In this document: positions 27,919 to 30,560 of the stretch, piece by piece
Position numbering within the stretch: the first letter of the stretch is position 1
How the letters are laid out: every line of letters begins with the position of its first letter
DNA from: Promethearchaeota archaeon
Lineage (GTDB): Archaea; Asgardarchaeota; Lokiarchaeia; Sigyniarchaeales; SOKP01
NCBI GenBank assembly: GCA_019058015.1
Contig: JAHLWH010000088.1
Coordinates: 1-30,560, forward strand
Reading direction: 5' to 3'
Length of the DNA: 30,560 bases
Translations under genes and position numbers: made by a program
Notes under the pieces: model-generated
Told to the model about the DNA's origin: nothing
Databases searched by the model: none
What the model saw: the letters and a program-made list of their open reading frames with translations, nothing else

Positions 27919-27921
27919 AAA

Positions 27922-28698
27922 ATGAGTAGAAACTATACATTAAGAGAGTTAATGGCTTGCGTTGCTGCAAAACAATTAGAAGATGGAAAGGCTGTAGCTG
28001 TAGGAACGGGATTACCTTTAGTTGCAACCATGCTTGCGCAACAAACTCACGCGCCAAATTTGGTTATTATTTTTGAAGCTGGAGGTATTGCTCCACAATT
28101 ACCAATACTCCCCATATCAGTTGGAGATTCACGAACTATACATAAAGCACTTTGTACTACAACTTTAATTGATATTATGGATACCATTCGTAGAGGTTAT
28201 GTCGATTATGCCTTCTTGGGAGGGGCTCAAATAGACAGTTATGGAAATTTGAATTCTACTATGATTGGAGATGATTATGAAAAACCAAAAGTGAGATTTC
28301 CTGGTTCTGGAGGAGCAAATGATTTTGGATCACTCGCATGGGAAACTCTTATAATAATGGATCGACATAGTCCAAGGAGATTTGTTAAAAAAGTAGACTT
28401 TATTACAACACCAGGTTATTTATATGGTCCAGGTGCCCGAGAAGAAGAAGGTTTATCAGAAAATACAGGTCCATCACGTGTTATAACAGATCTATGCTTA
28501 TTTGATTTCGAACCAGAATCCAAGAGAATGAGATTGATCGCCTGTCATCCAGGAGTTACTGTTGAGGATGTTATAAAAGCAACGGGGTTTGAAATTATAA
28601 TAGCGGACAATGTAAGAACAACCGATCCCCCCACCGAAGAAGAATTAAGGTTATTACATGAAGTAATTGATCCTTTAGGATTTGTCTTTAAAAAATAA
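27922..28698 (+). CDS. Family I CoA-transferase subunit B (GctB-like)
   Basis: GTGLP, FEAG (catalytic Glu), FLGGAQID.YGNLNST, PGSGGAND, FV.KVDFIT.PG, HPGV. Confidence 0.92.
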   Translation: MSRNYTLRELMACVAAKQLEDGKAVAVGTGLPLVATMLAQQTHAPNLVIIFEAGGIAPQLPILPISVGDSRTIHKALCTTTLIDIMDTIRRGYVDYAFLGGAQIDSYGNLNSTMIGDDYEKPKVRFPGSGGANDFGSLAWETLIIMDRHSPRRFVKKVDFITTPGYLYGPGAREEEGLSENTGPSRVITDLCLFDFEPESKRMRLIACHPGVTVEDVIKATGFEIIIADNVRTTDPPTEEELRLLHEVIDPLGFVFKK

Positions 28699-28819
28699 AT
28701 CTTTTTTTTTAGAAAATTATCTAAAATGCGAAATAAAAAATTTTAAAATTCCAAAAATTAATATTATTTTAATTCAATTAAATTAGAACCAAAAAAAAGT
28801 AAATAAAAAGTGTTTTAAA

Positions 28820-29734
28820 ATGGAAGTATATGAAAATAATCCAGAAATTAAATTGGTAATAAGTGCAGCGTTAGCAGGTGCAGTAACTAGAAAGGATCAA
28901 AATCCTGCAGTTCCTTATTCACCAGAAGAATTTGGAGATGAAGCTAAAAAATGCTATGAAGCGGGGGCCGCAATAGTTCATATCCATGCAAGAGATGTAG
29001 CACAGGGGGGTATTGCCACAGCAAATTTGGAAATTATTAAAGCCACAGTTGAAAATATAAAGCAAAAAGCACCAGACGTTATAATTAACTTGAGTTCCGC
29101 AATTAGCGCGGTAGTTACTGATCGGGAACGAATAATGCCCGTGAGAAAATTCAAACCTCCTTTAGCGTCATTAAACACTAATTCAATGAATTTTTCGGTC
29201 GGAGATTTTAAGGCAGGAAAAGTACTTATGGGTGCTGGAAATATTTTTAATAACTCGTTTAGCACAATTCAAAATTTTGCCAAACATATGAGAAAAGCGC
29301 AGACCAAACCTGAGATGGAAATTTATGATTTAGGGGGAATGTATAATATGCTATTTCTCAACAAACAAGAAGGTATGTTTGAAAAACCTTTACATTTTCA
29401 GTTTGTTTTCGGTGTTCTTGGTGGAATACCCTTCAGCCCTCAGAATTTAGGGCGTCTACTGGACTTAAAGCCCCCAGGAGCAACATGGAGCGTATGTGGA
29501 GTTGCTAGGCAACAATTTCAGGCAGGTATGTGTGCTGCTGCATGGGGTGGGCATATTCGAGTTGGCTTAGAAGATAACATCCGGAATATCAACCGTGATT
29601 TAGCCAAAGGTTCATGGGAACAGGTTGCTTGGGCTAAAAAAGTGGCTGGAGATGCTGGAAGAGAAATTGCTCAAGGTGCAGAGGCAAGAAAAATATTCAA
29701 CCTTTTACGGGAAGATGTGGATTTATCTGGTTAA
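28820..29734 (+). CDS. Beta-keto acid cleavage enzyme (BKACE / 3-keto-5-aminohexanoate cleavage family)
   Basis: NP.VP..PEE, AGA.IVHIHAR, ASLN..SMNF, KPE.E.YD, QFV.GV.GG, GGH.RVGLED. Confidence 0.92.
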   Translation: MEVYENNPEIKLVISAALAGAVTRKDQNPAVPYSPEEFGDEAKKCYEAGAAIVHIHARDVAQGGIATANLEIIKATVENIKQKAPDVIINLSSAISAVVTDRERIMPVRKFKPPLASLNTNSMNFSVGDFKAGKVLMGAGNIFNNSFSTIQNFAKHMRKAQTKPEMEIYDLGGMYNMLFLNKQEGMFEKPLHFQFVFGVLGGIPFSPQNLGRLLDLKPPGATWSVCGVARQQFQAGMCAAAWGGHIRVGLEDNIRNINRDLAKGSWEQVAWAKKVAGDAGREIAQGAEARKIFNLLREDVDLSG

Positions 29735-29760
29735 AAAATAGTAATAAATTAATTCTAACC

Positions 29761-29796
29761 TTTTTATGTTATTTTTTTTTTTTGTTATTTTTTTTT
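29761..29796 (+). terminator. Oligo-T tract, probable archaeal intrinsic terminator after the BKACE gene
   Basis: Long T runs about 30-60 nt after the stop codon; similar tracts follow genes ending at 5664, 16472, 23281 and 28698. Confidence 0.45.
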
Positions 29797-30051
29797 CATA
29801 TTTTTTCGCGATTTATCTGATATATATAGAGTTATCGCATTATTTAGGCATTTTTTTGTTCATATATTACAACCGAAACATTGTCCAATTATAATTGCCT
29901 TTCCATCGAGACCAAACTCTCGAATTTTCAATGGACAAATCCTTATACAAGTCCCACAAGATTTACACTCTAATAAATCTGTTACTGCCTTAAATGCTCG
30001 TAATTTTAACTCATTTATTTTATTTTGTAAGGCATGGGATGCAGCTTTCAT
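29785..30051 (-). pseudogene. 2x[4Fe-4S] ferredoxin-like ORF interrupted by an in-frame TGA at a Cys position (pseudogene, or selenoprotein candidate)
   Basis: CKSCGTCIRICP ... CFGCNI[TGA 29862-29860]TKKCLNNAITLYISDKSRKNMKKK*. Confidence 0.7.
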
Positions 30052-30137
30052 AATTATGGATTTTGGATGTTTTTTATTAATATAAATTTATTAAAAATTA
30101 AAAAAAAAGAAAAGATGATGAGAACCGTTTAAATAAA

Positions 30138-30560
30138 TTAAGAAATATTTGAGCAAGCTTTTTTTAAGAGTTCTTCAGCTTTCTTTGTAAAACTACTTAG
30201 GATGTCATTAACACTTAAAATATCATCAATTAATCCTACAGTTTGACCAACAGGTATGGCTCCTTCCTCAACATCACCTTCTGTATATACAATTTCATAC
30301 CTGCGTAAATCTTCCAAAAATCCATCTAGATCATAGGCTAATTCTTGGGCAATTTTATTATCCTTAGAAATAATTTCACCATGTTCCAGAGCATATTTAT
30401 TTTTTAGTAGTCTTATTGGACCAAAACCACCAGTTGTAAGTATAGTATCTCTTGCTGTTGCTGGAGGAATTAAATCCTTGTAATTTTGATGAAATTCGCT
30501 CTCTTTACAGGCAATAAATCGAGTTCCCATAGCAATTGCATCGGCGCCTGCAGCAATACC
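30138..30560 (-). CDS. Nitronate monooxygenase / FabK-like flavin oxidoreductase, 3' part (5' end beyond the window)
   Basis: The frame stays open to the window edge: GIAAGADAIAMGTRFIA..ES..H..YK; GD...G....GQ..GLI.DI. Confidence 0.88.
   Translation of the reverse strand, partial: GIAAGADAIAMGTRFIACKESEFHQNYKDLIPPATARDTILTTGGFGPIRLLKNKYALEHGEIISKDNKIAQELAYDLDGFLEDLRRYEIVYTEGDVEEGAIPVGQTVGLIDDILSVNDILSSFTKKAEELLKKACSNIS

Noticed and set aside
24-29265. Short antisense or alternate-frame ORFs in the track (e.g. 24-260, 566-916, 875-1165, 15062-15562, 23914-24252, 28978-29265)
   Set aside because: They overlap well-supported genes or the intron RNA and carry no motifs; treated as shadow ORFs.
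26893-29734. Complete lysine or glutamate fermentation pathway
   Set aside because: Only a GctAB-like transferase and a BKACE are present. No aminomutases or 2-hydroxyglutaryl-CoA dehydratase are in the window, and both families have varied substrates.

Overview
AT-rich archaeal window that reads like an Asgard (Lokiarchaeia-type) chromosome. This assignment is an inference from the Rab-like GTPase, GAGGT ribosome-binding sites with TTG/GTG starts, oligo-T tracts and the gene families present. It opens with the 3' part of a group II intron: an RT/maturase with YADD but no HNH domain, intact domains V and VI, and a 3' end at about 1833. Next come a Zn-motif hypothetical, a TIM-barrel metalloenzyme, a Cys-rich Fe-S protein, an MFS transporter and a degenerate Rab-like GTPase fused to a Cys4 domain. 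From about 8.4 kb to the end is an acyl-CoA catabolic region: two acyl-CoA dehydrogenases of the isovaleryl/long-chain catalytic type (one with a winged-helix-like tail), a glycyl radical enzyme with no activase in the window, two thiolase-fold/DUF35 pairs that both lack the nucleophilic Cys (one followed by SCP2), an SDR, a crotonase, acetoacetate-CoA ligase, a two-subunit CoA-transferase, a BKACE enzyme and a partial FabK/NMO-like gene. The best candidate for an undescribed system is a retro-aldol route for branched or isoprenoid acyl-CoAs, possibly linked to the novel glycyl radical enzyme. Two features missing from the ORF track were also found: a 90-nt relic of an acetoacetate-CoA ligase paralog, and a ferredoxin-like ORF with TGA exactly at a Cys ligand position.
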